Shown: positions 34,424 to 51,616, counted from the stretch's first letter. The stretch is DNA of 64,000 nt from Candidatus Saccharimonadota bacterium (GCA_027450065.1 DAIDKK010000001.1:13438-77437); one strand, 5' to 3'. Translations and numbers: made by a program. Notes: generated by a model not told the origin, from the letters alone.

Positions 34424-37339
34424 ATGTTATTAAGTCTACAAAAATTGAATGAAAAAAAGCTACGTTATGAACGTGGTTTATCCATGGTACCACTTCTCAT
34501 CCACCTGCCTCCTGCGAGTGAAGACACGGAGTTAAATGGGCGAGATGTGAGGGATCTAGTAGATGAAAATATTTCAAAAGCACAGATTATTTACAACATT
34601 ATTTCTAGCACGATTGAAGAAAATTTTAAAAATCGTTTTCACGGACAAAGACATTTCGCATTTGAGATTGTAGGGTCAAAAGGCTTTGTACATCTATATG
34701 CTGCAGTGCCGGCGGACTTCATTGACGTCATGCAGCAAGCGATAGTGAGCGCATATCCAAGCGCCCGAATAGAAATTGTTTCCGAACACAATATTTTTAG
34801 TCAAGTGGGTGGCATGAATGCAATTATTGGAGGCCAGCTCAACCTAAAAGAAAAGTTCGCCTACCCAATCGCAACATACCAGGATTTAAAGCGGGATGCG
34901 TTCCAGTCTATTCTAAACGCACTATCTGGTATGCAAAATGATGATGGTGCTGCGATACAGATACTCTTTCGACCAACCAATGAAGGCTGGAGAAAAGAAG
35001 CTTCTAGCGTCGCAAGCGCCAAGCGCAAAGGAACCGACAAGCCAATATCGGCTGGGGCATTAGCGAAGGATTTTGTGACGGCATTCGTAAAGCCACCTGA
35101 GTCCAAAGATCAGCTGGATAAACCGAAAGAAATCTCATCTCTCGAGCAATCAATTATTGACGCCATTGAAGATAAGACACGCCACCCAGGTTTTGAAGTG
35201 GCTATTCGTGTGATTGCGTCGTCGAACCTCTCGCAGCGCTCTCAGACGACTATTAATAATATTGTGGCAAGTTTTTCGTTGTTTAACGCGCCGGGCAAGA
35301 ACGGCTTCGAGTATCATGCCACGCACGATCCGTCTGATCTAGTCACGAATTATCTGCTACGTACATTCCCGCAGCACAAAAAAAAGAATATTTTGAACTC
35401 AGTAGAATTGGCGACAATATTCCATTTTCCGGATCAACGAAATATCCCAACTTCGCAGCTAGAGCGCCAAGATTCAAAGCAGGTTGACGCGCCACGCAAT
35501 ATGCCTGAGTCTGGACTGCTTTTGGGGTATAACATGTTCCGCGGGACGAAGAAGCCGGTGCGGATTGGCCTGTCCGATCGGCAGCGGCATATGTATGTCG
35601 TAGGGCAGACTGGTACCGGTAAATCAACTTTTCTGGAGAATCTAGCCTTGCAAGACATGCTGCGGGGGGATGGCTTTGCGTTTGTGGATCCACACGGTGA
35701 TACGGCTGAAAAACTGCTAGCAATGGTGCCGAAAGAGCGAACTGAGGACGTTATCTATTTCTGCCCCTCCGACATGGCCTACCCGATGGGGCTGAACCTG
35801 TTCGAATTCCATACGCCGGATCAAAAGGACTTCCTTATTCAGGAGGTACTCAATATGCTATATAAGTTGTATGACCCACAGCACCAAGGCATAATGGGGC
35901 CGCGCTATGAAAGCATATTTCGCAATGCTGCATTAGCCGTTATGGCAGACCCTGCAGGTGGAACTTTCGTTGATATACCGAAGCTATTCCGTGATCCAGA
36001 ATTTTTACGACAGAAACTAAAGCACGTCGTTGATCCAAACGTGTTGGACTATTGGCAGAAGGAATATCCCGCAAGCCAGCGTTCAAACGATGCCGGCGAA
36101 GTGACGAGCTGGTTCGTTAGTAAATTTGGCGCATTCTTGAGTAACGAGATGATGCGCAATATCATCGGCCAGACAAAAAGCGCCTTTGATTTACGTGACA
36201 TCATGGACAACAAGAAGATTTTACTCGTGAACCTCAGCAAAGGTCGCACGGGTGACCTGAACAGTAAGCTACTTGGTATGATTTTTGTGATGAAATTTCA
36301 AGCGGCGGCCATGAGCCGTTCTGATGTCCCCGAAAGCGAACGCAAAGATTTTGCATTGTATGTGGATGAGTTCCAGAATTTTTCAACCGATAGCTTTGCA
36401 ACCATAATGAGTGAGGCTCGAAAGTATCACCTGAACCTTATAGTAGCAAACCAATTTACCACACAGCTCACAGAAGAAATCAGGGATGCCGTATTTGGAA
36501 ATATTGGTACGATAGTAGCATTTCGCATTGGACAAAACGATGTCGATAGTTTGAGCCGCTATTTCCAGCCGCAATTTGATGGTGATGATTTATTGCGAGT
36601 GCCGAATGCAAATACGGTCGTACGTACCTTGATAGGCGGGGTTCCAACTCAGCCCTTTAGTATGGCGACATTACCGCCCCTAGGAAACCCCAATCCTGAC
36701 TTAGCGGGTGCGCTCAAGCAGCTTTCAGCTGCAAAATATGGTCGACCTCGAACGGTAGTCGAGAAAGAAATATTTGAACGTCTTGCTACAAAAGCGCCCG
36801 CGCCAATGCCATTTGCCAATCCGTTTGCAACATCTGGGGCGACCCAACCAGCTACTCGTATACCAGGGCCTTCACCTGCAGTACCAGCTGCTACTTCAGG
36901 TTCATTTTTGGACGAATGGCTGGCGAAGCAAAAGACAATGGCAGCAGCTCCTGATCCTAAGCTTTCTTCGCTATCTCAACCAACTCAGGCAGGTAGCCCT
37001 GTCGCGGTGCCTACTCCCTCGGTAGCCTCCGCGATAACTCAGCCTACCTCGTCGCAGCAACTCACCCCATCAGATAGTGAGTCAGCCGATTCATATGACG
37101 GCGGAAACGTGTCGAGCGCACAGCTTGATCAGCAAGAGGTGAAAGATATTGCAGCTGAACTCAGAAAAGGCTTGAGCGCGCCTGTAGAGGCCCCAGGGGC
37201 CCCATCTACGCCACCCAATACTCCACCAGCTGCCCCTCCAGTTCTGAATGCGATGACACCTAATACCTCACTTGCGGAGGATGACACAATCTATATTGAT
37301 AGTGATGGTGTTATGCATCAAAAGGGTGTCGATTCCTAG
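34424..37339 (+). CDS. Soluble FtsK/HerA/TraG-superfamily ATPase resembling type IV secretion coupling proteins (TraD/VirD4-like) with a long disordered C-terminal tail
   Basis: Walker A VVGQTGTGKSTF, Walker B FALYVDEFQNF and a TraG-D_C-like block NLIVANQFTTQL..GNIGTIVAFRIGQND. There is no N-terminal TM helix, and the last ~240 aa are Pro/Ala/Ser/Thr-rich. Confidence 0.7.
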   Translation: MLLSLQKLNEKKLRYERGLSMVPLLIHLPPASEDTELNGRDVRDLVDENISKAQIIYNIISSTIEENFKNRFHGQRHFAFEIVGSKGFVHLYAAVPADFIDVMQQAIVSAYPSARIEIVSEHNIFSQVGGMNAIIGGQLNLKEKFAYPIATYQDLKRDAFQSILNALSGMQNDDGAAIQILFRPTNEGWRKEASSVASAKRKGTDKPISAGALAKDFVTAFVKPPESKDQLDKPKEISSLEQSIIDAIEDKTRHPGFEVAIRVIASSNLSQRSQTTINNIVASFSLFNAPGKNGFEYHATHDPSDLVTNYLLRTFPQHKKKNILNSVELATIFHFPDQRNIPTSQLERQDSKQVDAPRNMPESGLLLGYNMFRGTKKPVRIGLSDRQRHMYVVGQTGTGKSTFLENLALQDMLRGDGFAFVDPHGDTAEKLLAMVPKERTEDVIYFCPSDMAYPMGLNLFEFHTPDQKDFLIQEVLNMLYKLYDPQHQGIMGPRYESIFRNAALAVMADPAGGTFVDIPKLFRDPEFLRQKLKHVVDPNVLDYWQKEYPASQRSNDAGEVTSWFVSKFGAFLSNEMMRNIIGQTKSAFDLRDIMDNKKILLVNLSKGRTGDLNSKLLGMIFVMKFQAAAMSRSDVPESERKDFALYVDEFQNFSTDSFATIMSEARKYHLNLIVANQFTTQLTEEIRDAVFGNIGTIVAFRIGQNDVDSLSRYFQPQFDGDDLLRVPNANTVVRTLIGGVPTQPFSMATLPPLGNPNPDLAGALKQLSAAKYGRPRTVVEKEIFERLATKAPAPMPFANPFATSGATQPATRIPGPSPAVPAATSGSFLDEWLAKQKTMAAAPDPKLSSLSQPTQAGSPVAVPTPSVASAITQPTSSQQLTPSDSESADSYDGGNVSSAQLDQQEVKDIAAELRKGLSAPVEAPGAPSTPPNTPPAAPPVLNAMTPNTSLAEDDTIYIDSDGVMHQKGVDS

Positions 37340-37425
37340 GCTGAATAGGGGGCCCTCCCATCTTGTAGAAACGTCAAAAAGAAGTTATACTAGATTCAGT
37401 ACAAAGGTGTAGAACCAAAATCTAG

Positions 37426-39417
<1,992 letters not shown>

Positions 39418-39418
39418 T

Positions 39419-42019
39419 ATGGACGACCAGATTTTAGACAACACTACTTCCGACGCCGATGAAGAAGAACGGCTTATGCGCCGACAAAATGCCGTCGAGA
39501 TCATAGAGGGAACTCACCATTCACGGCTCGTTGAACGACGCACTGTTGAGAATGTCATGGAAGATGGCTACTTGCGCTATTCCATGAGCGTCATCATTGA
39601 TCGAGCACTCCCAGACGTTCGTGACGGTATGAAGCCTGTACATCGCCGCATTATGTATAGCATGAGTGAAGAGGGGTTACGCAGTAGTGCGCGTCACCGC
39701 AAGAGCGCCAACGTGGTTGGTGCTGTCATGGGTAAGTATCACCCTCACGGTGACTCATCTATCTACGACGCAATGGTTCGTCTCGCGCAACCATGGGCGA
39801 CGCGCTATCCACTCGTGAATGGGCAGGGAAACTTTGGCTCGATGGATGGAGATCCGCCAGCTGCTATGCGGTATACCGAGGCTAAAATGCATCGTGTTGC
39901 TGATGAGCTGCTTGCAGATATAGATAAAGACACTGTTGATTTTAGGGATAACTATGACGGTACGACACAGGAGCCTACGGTCCTCCCCGCTAAGCTGCCA
40001 AACCTACTTCTCAATGGTCAGGTTGGTATTGCTGTTGGTATGGCTACGAATATTCCACCACATAACTTAAGCGAAGTCGTTGACGCTACGGTATACAAAA
40101 TCGATCATCCTGATGCGTCGCTTGATGATTTGCTGCAATTTATTACTGGCCCAGATTTCCCGACTGGCGGTATTGTGTACGGTGCTGGTTCAATTAGACA
40201 GGCATACGCCACGGGTCGTGGAGGAGTAGTCGTACGTGGTGTGGCTGAAATTGTTGAAGGTGCGAAGGGCCGTCATCAAATTATTATCACTGAAATACCA
40301 TATGCCCTGAATAAAGAGAGTCTGGTTATCAAGATAGCTGATCTTGTAAAGGAAAAGCGCATCGTCGGCGTGAGTGACCTGCGAGATGAAAGTGCACGAG
40401 GGAATGTGCGTATTGTTATTGACCTTAAGAAAGATGCGTATCCCAAGAAACTCCTCAACCAGCTTTACAAGCTGACCCCGCTACAGACAAGCTTCCACTA
40501 CAACGTCATGGCACTTATAGATGGTATTCAGCCACGCGTTCTTGGCCTGCAGGATATTCTGAGTGAATACATAAAGCACCGTCAGCATGTCGTTCGTCGT
40601 CGAACGGAGTTCGAGCTCCGTAAGGCTAAAGATCGAGCGCACGTGCTGGAGGGTCTTAAAATTGCACTTGATCACATCGATGAGGTCATTGCGACAATTC
40701 GGGCGAGCCAAACGACAGAAGTAGCCCAAGCAAACCTTATTACACGATTCAAGCTTAGTGAGATTCAGGCGAAAGCAATCCTCGCCATGCAGCTGCGTAC
40801 GCTCGCAGGGCTGGAACGTCAAAAAATCGAAGATGAACTTGCTGAACTCATGAAGTTAATTGGTGAACTCGAAGCAATCCTAGCGGATGAAGCCAAAATT
40901 CTAGGCATCATTAAAACTGAGATTCTCGAACTCAAAGAGAAATACGGTGATGAACGACGAACTAAAGTCATCTCACAGGAGCTTAACCGGCTGAGTGATG
41001 AAGACCTCGTGCCTGATGAGCAGGTTGTTGTAACTCTTACATCAGCAAACTACATTAAGCGAAGTACCCTGATGGAGTATAAGCGTCAAGGCAGGGGCGG
41101 TAAGGGACGCCGCGGTATGGCTACTCGAGAAGAAGACGTTATTGAGCATGTCGTGAACGCATCGACACACGACTTTTTGCTCTTCTTTACAAATAGAGGA
41201 CGTGTATTCCGTCTGAAGACATATGAAGTTCCTGCTACGGGCCTGAACGCAAAAGGTGTCGCGATTGTGAACCTGTTGCAGCTACAGCCTGAAGAGACGG
41301 TCAGCGCAGTTATAAACATTTCTAAATCTGAGGCAGCAGCGAACTTGCTCATGTGTACTGTACGTGGTGTCGTGAAGAAGACACCATTTGAGCAGTATCA
41401 AAATGTTCGTACGACAGGTCTTATTGCTATTAACCTTGATGATGGCGATGAGTTGAAGTGGATACGTACCACCAACGGTGATAATGAGGTTATTATTTCC
41501 ACGAGCCAAGGACAGGCAATTCGCTTCCACGAGCGCGATGCGAGGCCAATGGGTCGCGTCAGTCGTGGTGTACGTGGTATCCGTCTGCGAGCAGATGACC
41601 ATGTTATCGGTATGGACGTCGTTGATGAGCATTCGAGCGTGTTCGTTATCAGTAAGTATGGCTACGGCAAGCGGACGAAGGTGTCTCAATTTACTCCTCA
41701 TGCACGTGGCGGCGTTGGCATCCGCTCTGCAGTCGTGAATAGTAAGACGGGTGAGCTTATAGGGGTGAATACGCTGAGCGACAGCGATGACCAGGAGGTG
41801 ATTATTATCTCGCAGAATGGTCAAACCATTCGTCTTGGTCTTAAAGACATCCCAGCACTTGGCAGAGCTACCCAGGGCGTACGTATCATGCGCATGAATG
41901 ATGGTGACCAAGTTGTGTCACTGGCGCTTGTTGAGAAATCTGATCAGAATGAAGAAGACGACGAAGAAGTTAGGGATGGTGCCGAGCTCGACCAAACGAG
42001 CGATGAGTCTCAAGAGTAG
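39419..42019 (+). CDS. gyrA: DNA gyrase subunit A
   Basis: [28 protein letters not shown] (QRDR region) and C-terminal beta-pinwheel repeats. Confidence 0.95.
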   Translation: MDDQILDNTTSDADEEERLMRRQNAVEIIEGTHHSRLVERRTVENVMEDGYLRYSMSVIIDRALPDVRDGMKPVHRRIMYSMSEEGLRSSARHRKSANVVGAVMGKYHPHGDSSIYDAMVRLAQPWATRYPLVNGQGNFGSMDGDPPAAMRYTEAKMHRVADELLADIDKDTVDFRDNYDGTTQEPTVLPAKLPNLLLNGQVGIAVGMATNIPPHNLSEVVDATVYKIDHPDASLDDLLQFITGPDFPTGGIVYGAGSIRQAYATGRGGVVVRGVAEIVEGAKGRHQIIITEIPYALNKESLVIKIADLVKEKRIVGVSDLRDESARGNVRIVIDLKKDAYPKKLLNQLYKLTPLQTSFHYNVMALIDGIQPRVLGLQDILSEYIKHRQHVVRRRTEFELRKAKDRAHVLEGLKIALDHIDEVIATIRASQTTEVAQANLITRFKLSEIQAKAILAMQLRTLAGLERQKIEDELAELMKLIGELEAILADEAKILGIIKTEILELKEKYGDERRTKVISQELNRLSDEDLVPDEQVVVTLTSANYIKRSTLMEYKRQGRGGKGRRGMATREEDVIEHVVNASTHDFLLFFTNRGRVFRLKTYEVPATGLNAKGVAIVNLLQLQPEETVSAVINISKSEAAANLLMCTVRGVVKKTPFEQYQNVRTTGLIAINLDDGDELKWIRTTNGDNEVIISTSQGQAIRFHERDARPMGRVSRGVRGIRLRADDHVIGMDVVDEHSSVFVISKYGYGKRTKVSQFTPHARGGVGIRSAVVNSKTGELIGVNTLSDSDDQEVIIISQNGQTIRLGLKDIPALGRATQGVRIMRMNDGDQVVSLALVEKSDQNEEDDEEVRDGAELDQTSDESQE

Positions 42020-42128
42020 TATCGAGAGTAGCCTACTTGCCAGGCGCGTAGTTACGGCAAAGTAGGTGCCCAAGCGCGGCCACGCATAGCCGATGTGCGA
42101 AATACTACAATATAGGGCAATTATATCC

Positions 42129-42157
42129 TTGACTTGAAGCATGTTGACCGCTACAAT
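42129..42157 (+). promoter_or_regulatory. 16S rRNA promoter TTGACT-17-TACAAT
   Basis: Exact hexamers with 17-nt spacing, about 185 nt upstream of the 16S 5' end. Confidence 0.6.
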
Positions 42158-42209
42158 AGGTCGCTAGTGCTTCCTGAGGCCTATTTTGGTGTCTGTAGAA
42201 GTGAACGTT

Positions 42210-42243
42210 AAAAATTGAATAGTGCAAATCAACGTCAATTCAC
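42210..42243 (+). other. 5' arm of the 16S processing stem (pairs with 44061-44094)
   Basis: aaaaattgaatagtgcaaatcaacgtcaattcac is complementary to gtgaacttgacgttgattgcactattcagttttt, with a few G-U pairs and one bulge. Confidence 0.75.
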
Positions 42244-42340
42244 TTGCTAGATAAGTTATCTAGCGTGAATTGTTTTAGAAATTTCGAATCATAGATTCAA
42301 AAAGTAAGTCAGTTTTATACTGGCGCTAAGACAAATTCTT

Positions 42341-43931
<1,591 letters not shown>

Positions 43932-44060
43932 AGGGAGAAACTAGCATCAGAGCGGAGCAATCCTTCTGAGAGCTAGGTCGATTTCGATAAGTTGTAAATC
44001 AGTACTGACAACTTATGTATCCATCTTCGGATGGACGAGACATTCAGTTTCTGAACCTTT

Positions 44061-44094
44061 GTGAACTTGACGTTGATTGCACTATTCAGTTTTT
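44061..44094 (+). other. 3' arm of the 16S processing stem
   Basis: Complement of 42210-42243. Confidence 0.75.
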
Positions 44095-44112
44095 AAGACA
44101 GAACGATAAAAA

Positions 44113-44147
44113 AGGAGCCCAATTTTGCGAGAGGGCTTCTTTTTTTA
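44113..44147 (+). terminator. Intrinsic terminator directly after the 16S unit
   Basis: ggagccc..gggcttc hairpin followed by T7. Confidence 0.6.
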
Positions 44148-44253
44148 TGCAAAAAATTAGCGCCTTCAACTCCGTTGGTGTACTGTTGAAAACAGTTGAA
44201 AAGTAGTATACTTAACTTGTCTTTTTAAACAATAAAAAATATCAAATCAAAAA

Positions 44254-46023
44254 ATGGCTATACCAAAATGGCAGCAAAACGTGCCAAGTAATCGCGTAAT
44301 ATTTCCGATGCGTTATTCAGTATTGCGCCGAGCTGGCGCGGTTATATTTGTGGTGGCATGCATCCTCGGTAATAGCGTGAATATATCTGGAGTGGTTGCG
44401 AGTGGTATCCAGCCGGAACCAATTACCCAGCATGCTTCACGCAATGCGTGTGGGCAGGTTTCGTCGAATCGGGCTCGCTGTCTCTCGACTATTTCAACGG
44501 AGCGAGTGGCGGATCCTATCACGGCCAGTCCGAACACGAGTGGGTTCTATGGTCCAACCGAATTTCATACTGCCTACCAGCTTCCTTGTACTCCTGGGGG
44601 TGTGGTGCAGGCGGTCTGTGCGACGCCGTCAACCTATGGCCCAGAGACAATTGCCATCGTGGATGCGGGTGGCTATGCGAGTACGAGTGGGACACTAGAG
44701 GCAGATCTACAGACGTATACGACTCATTATGGTCTGCCAGCGTGTACGGCAGCAAATGGTTGCCTGACAATTGTCAATCAAACTGGCGCCCCATCACCAT
44801 TGCCCGCAAATGTGAGCAGTGGTTGGAGCAATGAAATTGCCCTTGACGTTCAAGTTGCTCACACCATATGCCAGACCTGTAAGATAGTATTAGTTGAAGC
44901 AAATGATGACACGCTGACAAATCTAGTAGCAGCAGAAGACGCGGCGGCAACTTTTGCTCCCGTGGCAATATCAAACAGCTGGGGGGCAACAACCGATGTC
45001 AGTGCTTACGACAGCCACTTTACGCGTACTGGTGTGGCTGTGGTGGCTGCGACTGGTGATAACGGCACGAATAACAATGGCCAAAGTTGGCCGGCAGATA
45101 TACCGGCAGTTATTGCTGTGTCAGGTAGCACATTACGGCTGAACACGAACAATACTTGGGCAAGTGAAACATTGTGGTCTGGTTCGGGCGGTGGCTGCAG
45201 TACTTCGTACACTGCTCCAGCATGGCAGACATCGAGATCAGACTGGGTCACAAATGGCTGCAGTAATGGTGGCCGGGCTTTTGGAGACGTGGCGGCTGAC
45301 GGTGACCCGAATACCGGTGCAGCCGTATATGTTGATTCTGGATGGTATATGGTGGGAGGAACTTCGCTGGCCTCACCACTCATAGCGGCGATGTATGCGC
45401 TTCAGGGTGCTATGCCAGCCGGAACAAGCGCGGTAAAGACCTTGTACCAAAATAGCTCACAAACAGCCTTTCACGACATCACATCTGGTAGTGATTGCGT
45501 AACGAGTGGCCAGTTGGATTGTACAGCCAGTGCGGGGTTTGATGTCCCCACTGGGCTGGGGGCTCCTACTGGACTAAGCGCGTTTGTGGCTGATCCTACG
45601 CCGCCGTATAACCTTATGGCCAGCCACATAAACCAAACGCAACTTAATATCTCTTGGGCCACTGCGTCTGCCCTCAACGGTATATCGAATTACCAGATAT
45701 ATCGTGATGGTTCACTAACCAGCACAAGTACAGCGAATGGCTTTAGTGACACGGGCCTCACCCCCAATAGCTATTATACGTACTACCTTAAGACGGTTGA
45801 TAATAAGGGGGGTGTCTCGTCGCCATCAGAGACGCTTGCGGCCGATACGTTCTTGCTGCCTGATATCAATCGTGATGGGCACATCAATCTACTGGATTTC
45901 AGCTTGCTCGCAAGCAAATACGGCCAAACAGGAGGTTCGCTAGGACGAAGTGACATTAACGGTGATGGGGTAGTCAATCTACTGGATTTCAGCTTGCTCG
46001 CAAGCAAGTACGGCACAGAGTAG
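44254..46023 (+). CDS. Secreted S53 (sedolisin/kumamolisin-like) serine peptidase with an FN3-like domain and a C-terminal two-segment dockerin
   Basis: N-terminal TM/signal segment, a pro-domain-like region, WSGSGGGCS and GGTSLASPLIAAMYAL (catalytic Ser). The C-terminus has DINRDGHINLLDFSLLASKYG and DINGDGVVNLLDFSLLASKYG. Confidence 0.75.
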   Translation: MAIPKWQQNVPSNRVIFPMRYSVLRRAGAVIFVVACILGNSVNISGVVASGIQPEPITQHASRNACGQVSSNRARCLSTISTERVADPITASPNTSGFYGPTEFHTAYQLPCTPGGVVQAVCATPSTYGPETIAIVDAGGYASTSGTLEADLQTYTTHYGLPACTAANGCLTIVNQTGAPSPLPANVSSGWSNEIALDVQVAHTICQTCKIVLVEANDDTLTNLVAAEDAAATFAPVAISNSWGATTDVSAYDSHFTRTGVAVVAATGDNGTNNNGQSWPADIPAVIAVSGSTLRLNTNNTWASETLWSGSGGGCSTSYTAPAWQTSRSDWVTNGCSNGGRAFGDVAADGDPNTGAAVYVDSGWYMVGGTSLASPLIAAMYALQGAMPAGTSAVKTLYQNSSQTAFHDITSGSDCVTSGQLDCTASAGFDVPTGLGAPTGLSAFVADPTPPYNLMASHINQTQLNISWATASALNGISNYQIYRDGSLTSTSTANGFSDTGLTPNSYYTYYLKTVDNKGGVSSPSETLAADTFLLPDINRDGHINLLDFSLLASKYGQTGGSLGRSDINGDGVVNLLDFSLLASKYGTE

Positions 46024-46038
46024 AAAGGGTGACACAGG

Positions 46039-47337
46039 TTAACTGCTGGAGGGTACCTGCTTACGTGGTGCCAGGAGATGACGAACCTTTGTAGCGTAGC
46101 TAGGGTTGAGGAAGTATAGAGCTGCGAAACCAATCACTAACACTGCAGCAGTACTCATGAATATCGTAGTACTGTGCTTTGCGGAAACGGCAACAGGAAA
46201 TATGACTGCGATGTTCTGCGTGGCCGGTATTACGCTACCCGCAACAGGAGTACTGTCGACGTACGCAACGGCGCTGTACGTCTGATTACCATCGGTGTAG
46301 GTCAGGTGATGTTCACCTGGTGTAACGTTTGTAAAGGTGGCAACACCATTTCCATCTGTCTTCACTGTCTGCACCACTGAATGTAACGAGACTTTCTGAT
46401 GGATGAGCGGCTGATTATTTTTGCCGAGTACAGTTACGCTGACAGTGTAGCCATTCGTCATAAAGTGCTGAACGCTCATTTTAGTCTGCGTTCCATCAGT
46501 AGCTTCGGCAACCACTTGATAATAATACGTCGTTCCTGGCGTGAGAGGTGTCTGGTTGCCGAGCTTAAGACTGGCGGTCATGGTTTGGCTCGCTACGTTC
46601 GTACGGACAGTAAGACTATCTGGGGCGGTACCATACAGGGCGTATATATTGAGGTTTTGATCACTCCTAACGCTAAGTGTGGCAAAGCTATACTCTGGAC
46701 TAATTTTTGTCATGAGGTGAGGAGCCACTAGGGGAGATATAGGTACAGCTGGCGTAGTCGGGGGGGTAGGAGTAGCTATGGCGGCAGTAGATTTTATCGA
46801 AGTGCCACTTGTAGGAGATTTAGCACTTATGACTGGCGTTGGTGTAGGCGCAGGAGCCGGTGGGCTTGTGAAGCCGATTGAGGCATTTGAAATTGAGGGG
46901 TTTGTATAGCTACCACTACTGGTTGCGTTAGCATTACTTATAGCTAGCGTTGCTGTTCCGCTTGGCACAAGCGCCGTTACACTGAAGGTTGCAATCAATG
47001 AATCAGAGCTGACGCCTCCCGAAAGATTCCCGAGTGCAACGGTGAAGCCGCTTCCGGAGACCGTTTTTTGAAGCTGGGCGGAAAAAGGTGATGCCGACGT
47101 GTCCACGCTGTTTAGCCTGAGTAGCGACGAGTCAAGGCTTACAGTTGCTTGTACACCATCAACGGTTGCACCAGGATTAATGCGCAGAGAAAGAGTCTCA
47201 GAATTACCATCTTGCAGGCTACTTGCGCCAGGCGAGATATAAATAACCCCACTTCCCGCGAAGGCAAGCTGAGTAGTAAGGGGCGTCAGGAGAGTGCCTA
47301 CGAGGAGAGCACTAAGAAGCTTTTGTTTAATATTCAT
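46039..47337 (-). CDS. Cell-surface protein: signal peptide, cohesin-like domain, Pro/Thr linker, FN3-like and CarboxypepD_reg-like domains, C-terminal TM anchor
   Basis: The N-terminus (MNIKQKLLSALLVGTLLTPLTTQLAFA) is followed by a cohesin-like beta-sandwich pattern (LSLRINPGATVDGVQATVSLDSSLLRLNSVD...). The linker is PPAPAPTPTP and the C-terminal TM helix is TTIFMSTAAVLVIGFAALYFL. Confidence 0.5.
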   Translation of the reverse strand: MNIKQKLLSALLVGTLLTPLTTQLAFAGSGVIYISPGASSLQDGNSETLSLRINPGATVDGVQATVSLDSSLLRLNSVDTSASPFSAQLQKTVSGSGFTVALGNLSGGVSSDSLIATFSVTALVPSGTATLAISNANATSSGSYTNPSISNASIGFTSPPAPAPTPTPVISAKSPTSGTSIKSTAAIATPTPPTTPAVPISPLVAPHLMTKISPEYSFATLSVRSDQNLNIYALYGTAPDSLTVRTNVASQTMTASLKLGNQTPLTPGTTYYYQVVAEATDGTQTKMSVQHFMTNGYTVSVTVLGKNNQPLIHQKVSLHSVVQTVKTDGNGVATFTNVTPGEHHLTYTDGNQTYSAVAYVDSTPVAGSVIPATQNIAVIFPVAVSAKHSTTIFMSTAAVLVIGFAALYFLNPSYATKVRHLLAPRKQVPSSS

Positions 47338-47436
47338 TATTTATTTTTTACCTACTACTAGAGTATAAACACAAGGCATTCTCTTTGCAACGAGGTGCAA
47401 TTAATCTGTCAGTTACGGACGTCTGTCTATTAACTG

Positions 47437-47465
47437 TTGAGTTTTATATGTTTTTTCGCTAGAAT
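47437..47465 (+). promoter_or_regulatory. Promoter TTGAGT-17-TAGAAT ahead of tRNA-Ala/tRNA-Ile
   Basis: Hexamers with 17-nt spacing, 20 nt upstream of tRNA-Ala. Confidence 0.5.
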
Positions 47466-47485
47466 ACACCGGTAGTTCACAGCAA

Positions 47486-47562
47486 GGGGACATAGCTCAG
47501 TTGGCTAGAGCACCTGCTTTGCAAGCAGGGGGTCCGGGGTTCGAGTCCCCGTGTCTCCACCA
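47486..47562 (+). tRNA. tRNA-Ala (TGC)
   Basis: G3-U70 pair (ggggaca/tgtctcc), anticodon stem cctgc/gcagg with loop ttTGCaa, encoded CCA. Confidence 0.9.
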
Positions 47563-47612
47563 TATGGGGGCGCAGTGCCTAAAGCGCAGCGTCTCCACCA
47601 TTTACAATTTAG

Positions 47613-47739
47613 GGGCGATTAGCTCAGCTGGCGCGGTTTACCGCAAAGATATGTAAGAGCGCACAGCGCTTTAATCAGCTGAACGTCACTAAACCGAGAA
47701 CTGCGGTATCAGACTGCGGTTCAAAACCACATACGTTGT
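47613..47739 (+). pseudogene. Degenerate tRNA-Ile fragment(s)
   Basis: 47613-47631 (gggcgattagctcagctgg) is identical to the first 19 nt of tRNA-Ile. Scattered matches follow (agagcgc, cgtcact, ggttcaaaacc), but no cloverleaf can be folded. Confidence 0.55.
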
Positions 47740-47816
47740 GGGCGATTAGCTCAGCTGGTTAGAGCGCGTCACTGATAATGACGAGGTCGGAGGTTCGAGT
47801 CCCTCATCGCCCACCA
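47740..47816 (+). tRNA. tRNA-Ile (GAT)
   Basis: Acceptor gggcgat/atcgccc, anticodon stem cgtca/tgacg with loop ctGATaa, T-loop ttcgagt, encoded CCA. Confidence 0.9.
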
Positions 47817-47908
47817 AATATGAATAGTCCGCCTTGTGGCGGATTCTTTATAAAAGTACTAAATTTCTTCAGGGGAAAACCTGTTGCAAATATGACTACG
47901 GAGTAGTC

Positions 47909-47937
47909 TTGACCGCCCCTGTTTAAAGTAGTACAAT
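47909..47937 (+). promoter_or_regulatory. 23S-5S promoter TTGACC-17-TACAAT
   Basis: Same architecture and the same -10 hexamer as the 16S promoter. Confidence 0.55.
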
Positions 47938-48173
47938 CTTACGGTTGCTTGAGTTTAGACATTGAGGCGTTGGTTATCCATCACTCATGGCTAAACCGCC
48001 AAGCTTTAAGCTTAAACTCAAGCGAAAAACTCTTAATCAAAAGTCTTAATTTATGGGGCTGAGGTAGAGTGTCTTGAGTCGTAATTTAACAACTAGATCA
48101 AGTTAGAGAAGAGATAAAGTAAAAGACAAACGGCTATTGGAATTACTGCCGCGATTTTATGCGCGGAGTAGTA

Positions 48174-48193
48174 CATACCAATAACTAGTCAAT
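48174..48193 (+). other. 5' arm of the 23S processing stem (pairs with 51672-51691)
   Basis: cataccaataactagtcaat versus attgactagttattggtgtg, 19 of 20 complementary. Confidence 0.7.
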
Positions 48194-48270
48194 TGCACTT
48201 AAGACAGTATTGAGGTTTACGATGTTTACATCGTAGTGAAAAACCCTTCGGGGTGTCTTGTACTGAATTT

Positions 48271-51616
<3,346 letters not shown>

